From a candidate division FCPU426 bacterium (GTDB taxonomy: Bacteria > Oederibacteriota > Muellerivitia > Muellerivitales > Muellerivitaceae): a DNA stretch of 64,000 nt. Each line of letters begins with the position of its first letter. Position 1 is the stretch's first letter. The DNA lies in NCBI GenBank assembly GCA_963738405.1, contig CAVTWJ010000005.1:32001-96000 (forward strand), in the 5' to 3' direction. A program made the position numbers and the translations under genes. The notes beneath the pieces were generated by a model that worked only from the letters and a program-made list of their open reading frames with translations, searched no databases and was not told the origin of the DNA. Of this stretch, positions 62,222 through 64,000 are shown piece after piece.

Positions 62222-63940
62222 TTACCGAGAAGCTCGCATTCTGGCAAACAGTTCCTTGGCGTGAACCCGTGATGTTTCGGAAATCGGTTCCCCTCCAAGC
62301 ATTTTGGCCAGTTCCTCGATGCGTTTCTCTTCCGTTAAACGGTAAACATTCACCGAGGTCTTTCCACCGTCGAAGGATTTAACCACTTGGTAATGGTAAT
62401 CGCCCAATCCGGCGATCGGCGCCAGATGGGAAATACAGAAGACTTGTTTGGAAGAAGCGAGACGCTGCAGCAGTCCCGCCACCGCCGAGGCGGTGCGGGC
62501 GCCGACACCGGTGTCGATTTCATCAAAGATGAGCGTATTCACGTCATCGCTTTCAGCCAATACCGCCTTCAAGGCTAGCATGACCCGGGAGGCCTCCCCG
62601 CCACTAGCTACCTTGGCCAGGGGACGCAGAGGCTCGCCCGGGTTGGCCGAAAACATGAACTCGACCTTGTCAAAACCGTGCGGCGTGAGCGCCAGGCCCT
62701 TAGCTTCCTGACGAACGGGGCTGGATTCATCCTCCTGGGGCGTCACCTTGGCTCCCAGTTGGGCTTGGGTCAACCCGAGCTCTTTCAAGGCTTCCTCAAC
62801 CCGATGGGCCAACCCATCGCCGGTTTCGACCCGGCGGTGGCTCAAGGCAGAGGCTTGTCGGAGGTAGTTTTCCGAGGCCGAGACGATTTCTTTTTCAATC
62901 TCCACTAATCTTTGTTCCCGTCCCAGGAGCGACTTGAGATCTTCCTCAATTTTTCGGTGATAGGCCAAAATTTCGGCCACCGATCCCCCGTATTTCTTCT
63001 TGAGCGTCGTCAATAGATCGATGGTTTCTGAAATCTCCTGAAATTCCTCTTCCGTAAAGGCATAGCCTTCCAGCTTCTGGGTCAGGTCGTAGGAAAACTG
63101 GTTCAGGGATTCCTGCAGGACGGCGCCCGTTTCAACCATCTTTTCCAGGTCCGGGTCGAGACGGGAGGCGTCCTTCAGGCGGCCTAAGGCTGTTCCCCAC
63201 AAACCAGTGACTCCCCCGCCCCCTTCCTCATCCATTTGCCGTTGGGCTTCCTGTAAATACCCCGTGATTTTCTCGGCATGCTTGAGCTTTTGGTATCGTT
63301 GGAGCAGTTCTTCCTCGTTGAGGGACTCAAGCTTGGCCCTGCCGATTTCCTCCGCCTGAAATTGAAGTAAATCCGTCTTGCGGGCTATTTCCCGGGGGTC
63401 GCCGCCCAGGGTCTCCCTTTCATCCAGCAGAGCCTTGAGGGTTTGGTAGGCCCGGCCCGTAGATGCGAGTTCTAAGTCTAAATGGCCGAAAGCGTCGATC
63501 AGATGACGGTGCTTGTGGGTATTAAAAATGGCCTGGTGCTCATGCTGACCGTGGATATCCACCAATCCTTCGCCCACTTCCGCCGCCAGAGCGGCGGTGG
63601 CGATTTCGCCGTTGATGAAACTGCGGGTCTTGCCGGAGGCGCGGGTGAATTCACGTTTGATATGGATTTCACCGCCCTTGGGATCGATGCCCTTTTCATC
63701 CAGCAAAGCGATCACTGGATGACCCTTTGGGATTTGGAAAAGGGCCTCCACAATCGTGCGGTCGCCCCCGGCGGGCAGCAATTCGGAGTCAATGCGGTCA
63801 CCCAAGAGGAAATAGAGGGCGTCCACAATAAGGGATTTGCCCGCGCCCGTCTCGCCGGTTAAGACATTAAACCCAGGCCCGAATTCCAGGCTCACGGATT
63901 CGACTATGGCGAAGTTTTTAATGGAGAGCTGGCGGAGCAT
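62222..63940 (-). CDS. recN: DNA repair protein RecN
   Basis: GETGAGKS, IHGQH, ASGGE and IFDEID. Confidence 0.97.
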   Translation of the reverse strand: MLRQLSIKNFAIVESVSLEFGPGFNVLTGETGAGKSLIVDALYFLLGDRIDSELLPAGGDRTIVEALFQIPKGHPVIALLDEKGIDPKGGEIHIKREFTRASGKTRSFINGEIATAALAAEVGEGLVDIHGQHEHQAIFNTHKHRHLIDAFGHLDLELASTGRAYQTLKALLDERETLGGDPREIARKTDLLQFQAEEIGRAKLESLNEEELLQRYQKLKHAEKITGYLQEAQRQMDEEGGGGVTGLWGTALGRLKDASRLDPDLEKMVETGAVLQESLNQFSYDLTQKLEGYAFTEEEFQEISETIDLLTTLKKKYGGSVAEILAYHRKIEEDLKSLLGREQRLVEIEKEIVSASENYLRQASALSHRRVETGDGLAHRVEEALKELGLTQAQLGAKVTPQEDESSPVRQEAKGLALTPHGFDKVEFMFSANPGEPLRPLAKVASGGEASRVMLALKAVLAESDDVNTLIFDEIDTGVGARTASAVAGLLQRLASSKQVFCISHLAPIAGLGDYHYQVVKSFDGGKTSVNVYRLTEEKRIEELAKMLGGEPISETSRVHAKELFARMRASR

Positions 63941-63984
63941 GGGGACACTATAAAACCATAAAAAGGCAAAATCAAAGACTCATC

Positions 63985-64000
63985 TCACCGCCAAGACACA
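63985..64000. repeat. Start of another CCAAG-family element (cut by window edge)
   Basis: TCACCGCCAAGACAC matches the arm of the other copies. Confidence 0.6.

Overview
A 64-kb chromosomal window from a diderm bacterium (LptE, OmpA-like and several beta-barrel genes). Almost all genes are on the minus strand. Most of it is housekeeping: purA, rsfS-nadD, proB-obgE-rpmA-rplU, ppiD, maf, rnc-fabF-acpP-fabG-fabD-fabH-plsX-rpmF-yceD, coaD-rsmD-recG, rpmB, rpiB-LMW phosphatase-tsaC, purD/H/N, murJ, rpsT, holA, lptE, leuS, recN, plus tRNA-Lys(TTT) and tRNA-Gly(CCC). Six things stand out. (1) A T9SS-like surface-display toolkit: a 2320-aa protein with a ~1300-aa Thr-alternating stalk and a T9SS-type C-terminal domain sits directly upstream of a PorV/PorQ-like barrel, and a second cluster has two more PorV-like barrels, TPR proteins and what looks like a PorE split across two genes. 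(2) Short palindromic elements with internally triplicated arms; one lies in-frame in the LptE signal peptide and one supplies a stop codon. (3) A lidless Hsp70 with a J-domain/TPR partner where proA usually sits, plus ComFB in the same operon. (4) A promoter-terminator leader in front of purA. (5) A small AT-rich islet at tRNA-Lys, followed by a VapBC pair and a ParB-like gene. (6) A probable CTG start for maf. Family calls come from motif recognition by eye; no searches were run.
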